64,000 bases of DNA. Origin: Oculina patagonica (Eukaryota). The notes beneath the pieces were generated by a model, which was not told the DNA's origin, ran no database searches, and saw nothing but the letters and a program-made list of their open reading frames with translations. Made by a program: the position numbers and the translations under genes. Of this stretch, positions 12,790 to 25,400 are shown piece after piece (the first letter of the stretch is position 1; each line of letters opens with the position of its first letter). The stretch covers positions 25,296,001-25,360,000 of the forward strand of contig NC_135760.1 of assembly GCF_052425735.1 (NCBI RefSeq). The letters run 5' to 3'.

Positions 12790-13719
12790 ATGTCTAACTT
12801 CACTAGAAATGAAAAAACCCTTGAAGAATCTGTATGTTCTACAAATCCAGACGATAAGCCTGCAGTGATATTTCTTTCAGCATTCAACTTCCTTTTTTCT
12901 ATCGTTGCTTCCATTGGCAATATTTTGATTCTGATTGCCCTTCAAAAGCCGTCGACTTCTCTCCATCCTCCATCGAAAGTTCTGCTACGTTGTCTAGCTA
13001 CATCGGATCTCTGTGTTGGCATCATTTTACAACCACTGGTTGCCATCGTGTTTGTTTCTGTTGCAAACGAAAATTGGACTCTGTGTGGCCCCATCTTGGG
13101 CATAAGCTATCTGCTAGGTGTAGTTCTTTTCGGGGTCTCTCTGTTGACATTAACGGCCGTGAGTGTCGAAAGGCTTCTCGCTTTGTTGTTGGGGTTACGT
13201 TTTCGACAGGTTGTAACTGTTAGGAGAACTGTTGCTGTTACAGTTTGTTTTTGGGTCATAAATTTCGCTATCGCTGCCTGGTGTGTTTGGAATTATCTTG
13301 TCTTTCTGTGGTACGGATGTGTGCTGATACTTATATGTGTATTGACCGCTACCTTCACTTACACCAAGATTTATGCCGATCTTCGCCATCACCAAACAGG
13401 AGTGCAAGATCAACCTTTACAAGCACAACAAAACCAAGGGGAAACTCCACTGAACATTGCTCGATACAGAAAGACCCTTTCTAGTTCGCTGTGGATACAG
13501 TTTACATTACTGGCGTGTTATCTTCCGTATTGTGTTGTAACAGCATTAGCAACCTTCACCGGTTTAACGCCGCCTCTTGTCCTGGGCTGGAGGTTTACAA
13601 CATCTGTTGTCTTCCTCAACTCGTCATTAAACCCTTTCCTTTACTGTTGGAAGATCGCAGAAGTAAGACAAGCGGTGAAAGACACAGTCAAACAACTGCT
13701 CTGTTGTTCGTCAAGTTAG
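12790..13719 (+). CDS. Single-exon class A (rhodopsin-like) GPCR G1, 309 aa
   Basis: Seven hydrophobic segments; GN in TM1, LATSD in TM2, AVSVERL (E/DRY site), CYLPY in TM6, NSSLNPFLY in TM7; N-terminal N-x-T sequon; very short ECL2. Resembles the expanded cnidarian receptors usually auto-annotated as melanocortin- or adenosine-receptor-like. Confidence 0.93.
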   Translation: MSNFTRNEKTLEESVCSTNPDDKPAVIFLSAFNFLFSIVASIGNILILIALQKPSTSLHPPSKVLLRCLATSDLCVGIILQPLVAIVFVSVANENWTLCGPILGISYLLGVVLFGVSLLTLTAVSVERLLALLLGLRFRQVVTVRRTVAVTVCFWVINFAIAAWCVWNYLVFLWYGCVLILICVLTATFTYTKIYADLRHHQTGVQDQPLQAQQNQGETPLNIARYRKTLSSSLWIQFTLLACYLPYCVVTALATFTGLTPPLVLGWRFTTSVVFLNSSLNPFLYCWKIAEVRQAVKDTVKQLLCCSSS

Positions 13720-15474
13720 ATATCGCAACAATTGACACCGGGACATCTTCCAAGTACCATTGTGTTCGAGACGAAGTATTTACATTATAAACACGTTAAA
13801 TATTTTTCCACTTGGGTGGAAACTCTGAAATAATACTATGCAGAGGAATAATTTGTGAAATACTGTCGCGTTGGGATAAGGAACAACAACAGCGAATGGA
13901 ATTGCATATGGTTGGGAAATCTGGCCATGGGAAAAAGCTAACAACAATCCTCCATTGCGCTCGAGTAATCTACATCGGCGATAAGTTTGGATCCCTTTTC
14001 CACGAAATATTTTTAAATTACACTGTGTAAGTAAGAAAAAAGAGATTTGTTCGTTCTGCGTGCTTTTGAAGAACTGATAACATTGTATTATAAAGCGACT
14101 TAAGAAAGGGAACAAGTATACTAGTTAAATTCCGGAGAGAATGGACACTCTTGGGTAAAATGCCGGCATTACCCTTTTTACTCTAGAAAATAAAATAAAG
14201 AAATGCAAATCAGCAAGCATTTAATTTAACTGTATGTCACGTCGCAAAATTTTACTTAAAAAATCGTTTATTTTCTTAAGTGTCTCATTCTCGGTACCAG
14301 TGACTGGAACCGAAACAATGGAACTCTAGGCTACATCTGTAAGCAATCTCATTTGGCAAATGATTGCTATTTCCTATATTCTTGGTTTTGTAGCAGCGAA
14401 ACACATCTTAGAATTGAAGTTTAAAAATGAGATAAAGACAGCTAGAGGATGTTTTCGTATTTGTAACATAAATGCTAATCTGGCTTTGTTAAAAGCAGAT
14501 GATGGTTTAAGAGAGAAGTGAACTTTTTAATTAGTACCCTTGACATGCAATTACTAAGAGATCCCATGTTTAGAAAAGGTTTACCAATGGGATAAAAGAT
14601 AACTCTGAGGGCAATAAATGAACAGAAAATGTTCTAGTCGCCAGCCAATCATATTGTCGCTCTCTTCCAAAACACATCTGTAACTTAAAATATTGCTGTT
14701 AATAAGTTTCTTTCTGTTTATTCAGGCTATTAGTTAATAGTCATGATTTTCTATAGGTAAAAGCATGTAATAGATATGAACGGTTTTACTAAACGAAGCA
14801 GATGTTCTCATGCTCTTTGTTCTACCTGTTAAACCAGCCGACGCCTCCAACATGTAAATACTACCTAATAATATTATCAGCGGCATACACGTCAAACGAA
14901 AAAATAAAAGACATTATTTTTCAAAAGGAAATAATTCGATGTTGACAAAAATTGAATGAAAAGGTACTAGTTGAAGCATTTGTCATGTTTCTGTTAAAGA
15001 GTCTAAAATGAAAAATCATTAGTTTTGAATTTTACTTAAAGCTGATTTCCAGTCCGTACTGCGCAGACTCGGGGTTTGTTTTCGTTTTTGTTTTGAATTC
15101 GTTAAAACGTTGCACTTCGTTGACAGCATACATGAAGTGTTTTTAGTCCGCCATTACAGTTCGCTTCATTCAAGAATTTCCGTTGAGCTGAAACGTCGGT
15201 TTGAAATAGCGTCAAGGTTCTTCTACTTGTTATTATTTGTTCTGCAAGGATATCTGGCGTTATTAATGAAGAAACAGGTAAGTTTGTCACGTAATTTTTA
15301 GTTTTGCTTTGTTTGTGAGGCTCACATAAACATTGCAGCCGAGATTGCGCAATACGGACTGTAATTCATCTTTAATTAACCAAAACTGCCAAAACTAAAA
15401 TACGAAATCTATCACAATCTTCACAAATCATGACATCATTTTATGCGTGTCTAATCTTTATACCGTAAATTCTA

Positions 15475-15898
15475 TCACACAATGCTAACATAATCATTTT
15501 GCTCCCTTTCTCTGTCACCATTTCTCAAAAAGCCCGCAGCATTGGCATCTACGCATGCTCTGTACCCTTCACAGTGATACGCTGAGAACATCCGGAATGT
15601 GAAGAACTGATTGGCAGTGCAGTGCTGTGGAAAGACGTTACAACATATCTTGGACAACCCCTGACAAACTTGTCGATGACAGCACTCGCAGCAACAGAGA
15701 GTCAAGTTATTGACTTCATCTTGTGTGAAAAACACACCGTCGGGTGCATCGAAAGGATGTACATTGGTTAAACGTTTTCCATCCATTTCGTCGCTGACGC
15801 CATGTTGCGGATCTCTTGGTACGATAAGTAGCTGGATAAGTAGAATTTCTCCTTCGCCTTCTTCACCAAATTCATCGCTTTGGTAACGAACCTTGAAT
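15475..15898 (-). pseudogene. Phospholipase copy D, orphan exon 5
   Basis: Acceptor ttcag then FKVRYQSDEFGEEGEGEILLIQLLIVPRDP...CCCECCH...FPQHCTANQFF; no exons 1-4 upstream. Exon 4 was removed by a deletion at ~17025 relative to copy E. Confidence 0.85.
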
Positions 15899-16412
15899 CT
15901 GAAAGAGCAACACAGGGAGAATTTACAAACGGGATAATTTAAAGATATATAAATATTTTGTACTCTGCATTGATATCGGAAAACATTTAAGCAGGATGGG
16001 AGAAAGAAAGCGTGTATTTTACTTGTTTTCTGTTCTATTTGTTGACTATTTTTCTAGATAGCAAGACTTGTGGACAATGAAGAGACTCTCTTACCGAATT
16101 CGTGTTAACTCTCAAGGAACTGTTTTAATTTCTCAAGGGAATACTTTTCGCTGGGGGCCATAAAAACGTCACTCAATAGGACTGCGTCACCACTTCCGAT
16201 ACCGAAGTGTTATCTATTGTTTGTGTTCTGTTTTTTCGATTTGATGCGTGTGTTAACTATGGAAAGGCGATGACCTCAACAAAAGAAAAAGGTACAAGGC
16301 GGGTAATTTCGTTGGCCCTGTCCGCGTCAGACTACAGTCTATAATTTTTTCCATTTTCACGTGTCGCTCGTCATCTAGCCTTTGCAAATTAAAGATAGGT
16401 ATTTTTCAAAGA

Positions 16413-16572
16413 GGGAGGCGCAGTGGCCTAATGGTTAGCACGCTCGCCTCCGAGTCGAACGGCCCGGGTTCGAGGCCTGGCCGGGGCGCTGCGTTGTGTT
16501 CTTGGGCAAGACACTTTACTCTCACATTGCCTCTCTCCACCCCAGGTGTATAAATGGGTACCGGCGAATTTA
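16413..16572 (+). mobile_element. tRNA-derived CORE-type SINE, 3'-truncated
   Basis: A box TGGCCTAATGG, B box GGTTCGAGGCC, then cttgggcaagacactttactctcac...gtataaatggg (CORE/MIR-like domain); absent from the paralogous site at ~56295. Confidence 0.8.
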
Positions 16573-18305
16573 CTCCCATTACAGAAAATTGAAATTAACT
16601 AATATAATTCCTCGAGTTACAATGCATTACTTAAATAAACTTATTTATTAATTACTTTTTCCATCCTGATAATGTTTTCAAATTTGACCTTTGTACTCTT
16701 GGATTTTTAAGCCGGGTAAATTGCCTGTACACAGAGATTAACTAGAATACGTTTCTTTAAGTGGAAAACTTCATTAAGATTTACTCGTGATTGTCAGGTT
16801 GCCTGTAATCTCCATTTAGCAACGAGGGTACTTCTCGTAAATGGGTATGGCAACCTTAAATTCGTGAACGTTATTCATGAAGTCCATTTGGGTACGTTTC
16901 CTCTAAACCAACCTCACGTATAAAGCTAAATTTCAACTTATGCCACCCTATCTCAATCCGTAAGCTAGTACTTGAAATTGGTTTTATACAAGCGTATTCT
17001 TTTACGGGAAGAGCGACGTACCAGATGGTCTATCAAATGAGCCGCATCACAGAGCTGGAGTTTATATTAACTTTCTTCTCCTTAGGACTAACAGGATTCT
17101 TCCTGATGGGGTGGTAGATGGTTTCCATGGGGTGGTAAATGGACCACCCCGAACTTACGAAACCAAATTGTACGTGTCAGCGTAAAGGTTAGTCTGGGGA
17201 CAGGGTATAACACACAAGCTTATGCCATTGAATATTCGATCACTTCGCACTATCTATGTAATTGAGGCTTGTTTTGCTGCCGGAATAAGGATGGGGCGGC
17301 AAGGACATTACATGTGAAGCTTTAGCGTTTTCCTCACAGATTTAGCTCAGTATTATTTTGCAACGAGCTCATTCCATAGCAAGTACAACGGAAAGGACTA
17401 GACTATTATTGTTATAATGAGATGCAAAAGATATAGCGCTCTTCGTTTGGATTCGTTGTATACAAAATTTAGCTTTGAAATAAATATGAAGTCAAGAAAT
17501 GGTGATAAAACGCAGCCTGATTTATGGAGGGTTAACGAACACGTCCATGGACTGGGTCCTCCGGGGTGACTCGTGGAGCTAGGAGTATGGCTCCTATACT
17601 AAATTCTGATTGGTCATTTCGTAAACTTCATAATTAATGGATTAAAAAACTAAAAATAATTAAGCGCTAACAGAAAAGTAAGCCGACCCGTAATTGTCCA
17701 GGTTTATTAGTAAAAAAGCGGTTAAAGAACAATTGATGACTGACCGCATATAATTTGTTTCTTCGCCAAAGCAGATAGACGTTTTAATAAAATACCTCCC
17801 TTAACAAAATAATATCAGTCTTGCATGGGTTTTTGCCTTATGTTTTCGGTTTTAGTTAAGCATCGTTTGATGTTTATTTTTACTCGACTGCGGTTATTTT
17901 TAATCCCTTCATTTACATATTAATTGTAGCAGTCGTATTTGTGTTAGCCTTGTCAAATTACTCGTCAAAGAACTTAAAAGCTATGAAAAATCATAATCAG
18001 CCACAAGGTAATTTTATAAACATGAAAGATAAAGTTAATTCGTACGCGGTTTAATATCTAGCAGTTATAATCTGCCCGTGTGCAAAGTGTCCAAACCAAA
18101 GACAGTCACAAGATAAATATGTCAAATCCTAATGGGTCATTATGGAAAACTCACAGTTAAAACGTCAGAACTGATTGCTGCAAATTGTTCTCGGGTACGT
18201 TGAAGAGTACGATGCTTACATGGCTTGGCTTAACGTCAACTCACTGCATACAGGGAATTAAAGCTGATTATACCTGATTATGCAGATACGCAAGCACGTT
18301 TTAGG

Positions 18306-18762
18306 CACAGGGGGGGGGGGATACTCCCAGAATTTTAGGATAGGGGTGTGCCGCCTAGGTTCTTAAACCCTGACCCTATTTAAGGATAAAGAAAGCGAAA
18401 ATTGATACCCTTTTTAAGGCCCAAGACCGAAAAATTACACCCTATTCAAGGGGAGGAGAAGCTTTCCGCGACGACCCAAATAACGGCTAACTGCGCACTG
18501 CAAGACACAAATCTTTATAAAATCGCTTTACTAATACCTGAACAGAAAATTCAGTTCCAAGATACCTTTTTTTCGTTTAGCTGGACGTTTATTTTATCTA
18601 ATAGAATATAGGTACCCTATCTAAGGATCACACCGAGAACAAATTGCCAAAAGGAGCAAAAATGATACCCTATTTAAGGACCGAGAACCTCAAAAACCAT
18701 ACCCTATCGGGCGGCACATACCTATATAGGCCACATATGGGAGTACCCCCCCCCCCCCGGGG
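18306..18762. mobile_element. MITE with G-run/C-run TIRs and 8-9 bp TSD
   Basis: TSD gttttagg(c) at 18298-18306 and 18763-18771; empty sites at ~59792 and ~45650. Confidence 0.85.
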
Positions 18763-19861
18763 GTTTTAGGCGGGGTTTTACGTGAAGGCCGTTTTTCCAA
18801 CGCTTAATATGGGTTTAACAGAATATCTCGTTCACGTTTCAAGGAATCCGAAAACGCTTCACTCATCCCATATATCTATGTTTTGAGGTATTTTGTAAAC
18901 TTTGGGTGATTTTGGGGAATTTTGGAGAGGAGATAGTTTTTCTTAAAGGATTGATAAAATTTAGAGAAAATTATAACAAATATTGGAGATTTAAGGTAAT
19001 TTTAAAATACCGGTATGTAGTTAAAAATTGATAGACGGACACCAGACAGTCCCACTGACAACCTGGAGTGCTCTTGCGTGGGGGTCAACTGTCTGGTGAT
19101 GTTTAATTTTTTTTCTTCTTCAATCTCTTCTTTAAACCTCTTGAAATTAATTTCATTCAAATTCAGGAGGAACCCCACCTTAATATAGGGTATTTTATTA
19201 TTTTTGTTGTGTTCTTGGGCTTCACTGCAGCTTCATCTTGCTGTGTCATTTAACTTTCCCTGTTCTTTAACTTCCCGTGTTTTTCAACTTCCTGTGTGTC
19301 TTCTGATACAAAGTAAACTTCAAACACGGTCTTCTTGTAGCTTGTCCAGCTGCCTTTCCAATGTATCAGTTTTCCTTTTAAATCAAACGATTCCCTGGCA
19401 CCCAGCCAGCTATCATGCAGTAATACAACGTTTTAAGAAATCTGGCCCGGATACTGCCTCGTCATCTCACTGGTAATTCGTTAAACTTCCTGTGATGATA
19501 AAGCTGGTGCTTTTAAGAGCTGGCCTCTTGTAAAGGAAAGATGTCTAACTCCACTAGAAATTGACACAAAATTGCCTTCAAACACAGCCTTGTTGCAGCT
19601 TGCTCACGGTGATAGGCTGGTTTGAATTTATTCAGTTTAAACTATAATAGACGCCAAGCTGTCTGCTTATGTATCAGTTTCCTGTCAGGTAAAACAATTC
19701 CCTTATCAATATTTCAGTTCTCTCTATGTAAAATGCCACCAACCGGCTATCATGCAGCCTAGACACAGATACTGCTTCGGCGAGTTACTGGTGACACGTT
19801 ACAAGAAAAGACTTTCTACCATGCCTTACGATGCTTTTATGAGCTAGACTGTCAAGGAAAG

Positions 19862-20791
19862 ATGTCTAACTCCACTAGAAACAGCCAAACGCTTGAAGAA
19901 TTCATTTGCTCGACAAATCCAGACAATAAGCCTGCAGTAATATTCCTTTCAGCTTTCAACTTCCTTTTTTCCATCATTGCTTCCATTGGTAACATTTTGA
20001 TTCTGACTGCCCTTCAAAAGCCGTCGACTTCTCTCCATCCTCCATCGAAAGTTCTGCTGCGTTGTCTAGCTACATCAGATCTCTGTGTTGGCATCATTTT
20101 ACAACCAATGGTCGCCATCCTGTTTGTCTCTGTTGCAAACGAAAATTGGACTCTGTGTGGCCCCATCTTAGGCATAAGCTTTCTGTTAGGTGTAGTTCTC
20201 TTCGGGGTGTCTCTGTTGACATTAACGGCAGTGAGTGTGGAAAGGCTTCTCGCTTTCTTGTTGGGGTTACGTTTTCGACAAATTGTAACTGTTAGGAGAA
20301 CTGTTGCTGTTACAGTTTGTTTTTGGGTCATAAATTTCGCTATCGCCGCGTGGTGTTTTTGGAATTATTTTGTCTTTCTGTGGTACGGATGTGTGCTGAT
20401 ACTTACATGTGTATTAACCTCTACCTTCACTTACACCAAGATCTATGCCGATCTTCGCCGTCACCAAACAAGAGTGCAAGACCAATCTTCCCAAACACAA
20501 CAAAACCAAGGGGAAGTTCCACTGAACATTGCTCGATACAGAAAGACCCTTTCTAGTTCACTGTGGATACAGTTTACATTACTGGCGTGTTACCTTCCGT
20601 ATTGTGTTGTAACAGCATTAGCAACCTTCACCGGTTTAACGCCGCCTCTTGTCCTGGGCTGGAGGTTTACAACATCTGTTGTATTCCTAAACTCTTCTTT
20701 AAACCCTTTCCTTTATTGTTGGAAGATCGCAGAAGTAAGACAAGCGGTGAAAGACACAGTCAAACAACTGTTCTGTTGTTCGTCAAGTTAG
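19862..20791 (+). CDS. Single-exon class A GPCR G2, 309 aa
   Basis: Intact close paralog of G1 with the same 7TM motifs. Confidence 0.93.
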   Translation: MSNSTRNSQTLEEFICSTNPDNKPAVIFLSAFNFLFSIIASIGNILILTALQKPSTSLHPPSKVLLRCLATSDLCVGIILQPMVAILFVSVANENWTLCGPILGISFLLGVVLFGVSLLTLTAVSVERLLAFLLGLRFRQIVTVRRTVAVTVCFWVINFAIAAWCFWNYFVFLWYGCVLILTCVLTSTFTYTKIYADLRRHQTRVQDQSSQTQQNQGEVPLNIARYRKTLSSSLWIQFTLLACYLPYCVVTALATFTGLTPPLVLGWRFTTSVVFLNSSLNPFLYCWKIAEVRQAVKDTVKQLFCCSSS

Positions 20792-21727
20792 ATATCGCAA
20801 CAATTGACACCGGGAATTCTTCCAAGTACAATTGTGTACGAGAAGAAGTATTTATCTAACCAACACGTTAAATATTTTTTCACCTTGGTAGCAACTCTGA
20901 AATAATACTTTACAGAGGAATAATTTGTGAAATATTGTCGCACTGGGATCAGGAACCCTCTTCAACCAGCAACAACAACAGCAAATGGTATTGCATTTGG
21001 TTGGCAAGTCTGGCCATGGGAAAAAGCTGACAACAATCCTCCATTGCGCGCGAGTAATCTACAACGATGATAAGTTTTATTTGGATCCCTTTTCCATGAA
21101 ATAGTTTTAAATTACAATGATCGTCTGTGTATCAAGTGAGGAGACAGCTTTGTTCGTTTTGTTTTTTTGAAGAACTAGTAACATTGTATTATAAAGCGAC
21201 TTGTAAAAGGGAACTAGTATACTAGTTAAATTCCGGAGAGAATCGACATTCTTGGGCTAAATGCTGCCATTATTCTCTATACTTTAGTAAATAAAACAAA
21301 GAAATGCAAATCAGCTTGCGTTAAATTTAACTGTATGTCACGTCGCAAAATTTCACTTAAAAATCGTTTTTTTGTTAAATGACTCATTAAGAATATGGAA
21401 CTCTAGGTTACATCTGTAAGCAATAAATTTTATCATAGGCCAAATGTTTACTATTTCTGATATTCTTGGTTTTCTAGCAGCGAAACATATGTTAGAATTG
21501 AAATTTAAAAATGAGATAAAATCTGATAGAGGATGTTTTCATATTAGTAATATAAATGCTAATCAGACTATGTTAAAAGCAGATGATGGTTCAAAGAAAA
21601 AGTACACTTTTTAATAAGGACCCTTCATGACAGTAAGTTGACATGCAATACTAAGAGATCCCATGTTGAGAAAAGGTTTACCAATAAGATTAGAGATAAC
21701 TCTGAGAAAGAATTACTGAACAGGAAA

Positions 21728-21749
21728 TGTTCTAGTCGCCAGCCAATCA
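21728..21749 (+). promoter_or_regulatory. Invariant 22-bp CCAAT-box element in the GPCR-lipase spacer
   Basis: TGTTCTAGTCGCCAGCCAATCA is identical in all six spacer copies; contains the NF-Y consensus AGCCAATCA. Confidence 0.45.
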
Positions 21750-22423
21750 TATTGTTGCTCTCTTCCAAAACACATCTCTAATTTAAAATATTTCTGTGAA
21801 TAACTTTTCTCTCTATTTATTCAGGCTATTAGTTTTTTGTCATGATTTTCTACCTGCAAAAGCATGGAATAAATATGAACGGTTTTACTAAACGAAGCAG
21901 ATGTTTTCCCGCTCTTTTTTCTACCTGTTAAACCAGCAGATGCCTCCAACATGTAAATACTACTTAATATTATAAGGGGCATACATATAAAAAGAAAAAG
22001 ATGAAAGGCATTGTGTTTTAAAAGGGAATAATTCGACAAAAATTGAATGAGAACGTACTAGTTGAAACATTTGTTTTTTTGTTTAAAATCTAAAATTAAA
22101 AAACCCTTAGTTTTGAATTTTGCTTAATTAACCAAAACAACCAAAACCAAAATACGAAAAATACGGACGACTAAAAGTGCCTTCAGAGAAAACTATATAT
22201 TGAATATTTGAAAAATATTTAAAGGTGCAACGCCACAGATAGCGTAAACTAAAGATTTGGCCAACATTTTTCCAACCTGTCTTTCCCAATTGGTCACAAT
22301 CTTCACGAATCTTGACCATCTTTACCTTGTTACTCTTTGCTTTGTCATGATCATGAAACACTTTAGCAAGGTTCGCAAACGACATCATTTTATGCGTGTC
22401 TAATCTTTATCCGGTAATTTCTG

Positions 22424-25400
22424 TCACACAATATTAACATCATCTTGCTGCCTTTCCCTGTCACCATTTCTCAGAAAGCCCGCAGCATTGGCATCTACGC
22501 ATGCGCGGTACCCTTCACAGTGATACGCCGAGAACATCCGGGATGTGAAGAACTGATTGGCAGTGCTGTGCTGAGGAAAGAAGTTACAACATATCTTGGA
22601 CAACCCCTGACAAGCTTGTCGATGACAGCACTCGCAACAGCATAGGGTCAACTTATTGACGTCATCTTGTGTGAAAAACACACCGTCGGAAACATCAGAA
22701 GGATGCATATTAGTCAAACGATTTCCATCCATTCCGTCACTGACGCCTTGGTCCGGATCTCTTGGTGCGACAAGGAGAATTTCTCCTTCGCCTCCTTCAC
22801 CGAATTCATCGCTTTGGTAATGAACCTTGAATCTGAAAATGCAACAAAGGGAACATTTCTAAAGGGGATAATTTAAAGACTATAATTATTCTGTACTTTG
22901 CATTGATATGTAAGACAGAGCTGTTCCATGAGACTACCGTGAAGTCAGTTCTTTAGTTATGGAGAAGAACCTAGAAAGAATAAATTTCCAAATCATACAA
23001 TTCACGTATCAGCCGGCATGTCATGAAGACGGTAGTTCAGGGATGCCTCTTGCACGGTTCATGGGCGGAAAAATAACGAATCACGGACACAGATATCAGT
23101 TTTTATATTTATATAATTATATTTGAGATATTGCAAAATCACCCAAACGAAGAAAAAAAGTACAAACTTGTAATAACGCGGCTTTCCTCCGGCCTTTGGT
23201 CTCACAAACTTCTCCAAGAGATCGAAAGTAACATCTTGGCCGTCTTCACTTAGAAACGAACAGTTAAGCTTGGTACGAGCAAGCATCAGTGCATTCAAAA
23301 GGCTGTCTCCGTAGTATTGGTCGTCATTCTTATAACCACCATCAACAACAACAATCCTTCGTAGCCTTCTCTTCAACAGCGGTAAAATAGCAAGGTTTTC
23401 AATATGGCCTCCATCGCTAAGCAGCAGTATAGGTGGCGGCATTGGGCCAGTGTTTTCCTTGGAAAACATTTCTCTCACAAAATAGACGAAAGAAATGTGC
23501 ACGATGAACCACCTGAAAAATAATATTGCACGAAAAACGCATTTCACTAAGAGAATGTTCTCTTGCACATGCTGACTCATGATCGGAATTGGACTAGATA
23601 GCGCATGAGGTGCTCTTGTCATATTACGTCAACAAGGGAGGTAATAGTGAAGAAATTATTCAATATGACACGAGCGTGGGACAAAGAAAAAATCTGAGTC
23701 ACCGGCGGGAATCGAACCCATGGCCTCCCAGATACCGGTTGGGCGCTCTAACCAACTGAGCTACGAGAGACTCGTTGTGAGCTGGGCTATTTACTAGGTT
23801 GATATATGACACGCGTCCTGCATACTGCTAGGATCAGCAATGTCGAAATCATCGAATGTGTAGTAAATAATAAAGATAGTAAATTTCAAGCTCGGTGAGG
23901 TAATTTCAAGGGAGGTAATATGTTGCAAGTTGTGGCAACATGTTGCGCAAAGTAGACATGAGTTCAACTTTGTGCAATACGTTGTCGCAACTTGCAACAA
24001 GGGAGGTAATACGGGCAGCAACTTGCAGTGCAACATGTTGCAAGACAAGTTGAAAGAAAATATTGCCCGTATTGCGGGGCCTTGAACGGGGAAAAACCAT
24101 ATATGGCAACACGTTTGGAAACGCGTGCACACACAGTTGCAGATGACGAATTCAACTACGCGACCACGTGCTAAGGCAAAAAAAAAAACAGAACAACATT
24201 TTAATCTAGCCACTTTCCACTAAAGGTTCAAATAAGGCGTGACAGGTGGAAGACATGCTGTTTTCTCAGGCTGCATACTTTTAAGACCTTCATAGTGGAT
24301 TCCCAATTTCTCAGAGAACCTCCAGGGGAAACTAAAATGGGTTCGAGAAATCGGGAGTGCGATAAATCAAAAGTTAAATTGCAGTGTTTGAAGCAAATCT
24401 AAGAGAAATGACTTTTTTCGCGTTATAGGGGTTCGAGAAATCGGAATTACACTAATTGTTTTTATTCTAACCCCTACCTGGCTATTTTCTCCCACCATCC
24501 TGGTTGTTCCGCTCCTGTGTCAATGAGAGCGATGAAGACCAGTACAAGATGTACAGCGAAGAAGATTATTACTCCTATTTTAACGTACGGTTCTGCATCA
24601 TGGTAAAGGGCCGGTACAACTACTAATGGCAGACCACGCAGAACATACACAAGACACGGAAGGAATATCTGTGAAATTGCAAAATAGCAGCAGTTATCAG
24701 GCAGGGTACAAAAGTACAAAAATCTGGAAATAGGCCTTGTCACGGTTTTCGACGCCATCTTGACGAGTAGGCAAAGCGGGTAGAAATTACAGTGTTTGTA
24801 TGGGAATCCGATGGCAAATATCTTTTACAAAAATTGAATTTTGGACAACTTATGAATTATAAAGTTAAGATACTAGGCAAAAGTTTTTATTTGCCGAGTT
24901 TGAAGGATGTAGCTGGGCTAGAAAGCGTTCAGTTACCTTTTTAATTTCTCATACACTTGTCTATAATTTTTCCCGCGAACAGCGTCAATCATGCGGAAAA
25001 AAATATAGGCAAATAATATATGACCGACACCTTCGGGACCGTGATTTAGTGTCCGTAATACAGAATGTCCGCAATAGCTGGAGTTATTTTCAGTAATTTT
25101 TATTTGCCGGGACTTAAACTCCGTCCGTAATAACGGGGTGTCCGTAATAGCGAGGTGTCCGCAAGGCGGGAGTTGACTGTACTAATTAATTACTAGTACA
25201 CATTGCCTTCATATGCTTTGCTCCGAAAGGTTGTCTTTTTTAATAGGCCTTAACATACAGAGGACACGCAACCTGCTTGCCCCATGCTTCGCGCTCGCCT
25301 TTGAGAGGAAGGGAATGCCTAGGAAGTCTAGGGCGTGTTACCTACGTTCAGGAGGCCAACATACCCTCAATGTACATCCTTCCCTTTTCACCGATTTAAC

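Noticed and set aside
12790-13719. Assigning symbols such as MC1R/ADORA to the GPCRs, or PLA2G4/PNPLA to the lipase
   Set aside because: Motifs support only superfamily-level calls; orthology cannot be established from the sequence alone.
23695-23770. tRNA genes (also ~4275-4360 and 16413-16485)
   Set aside because: A and B boxes are present, but the stems are broken and each is embedded in a repeat body; SINE-like or TE-derived.
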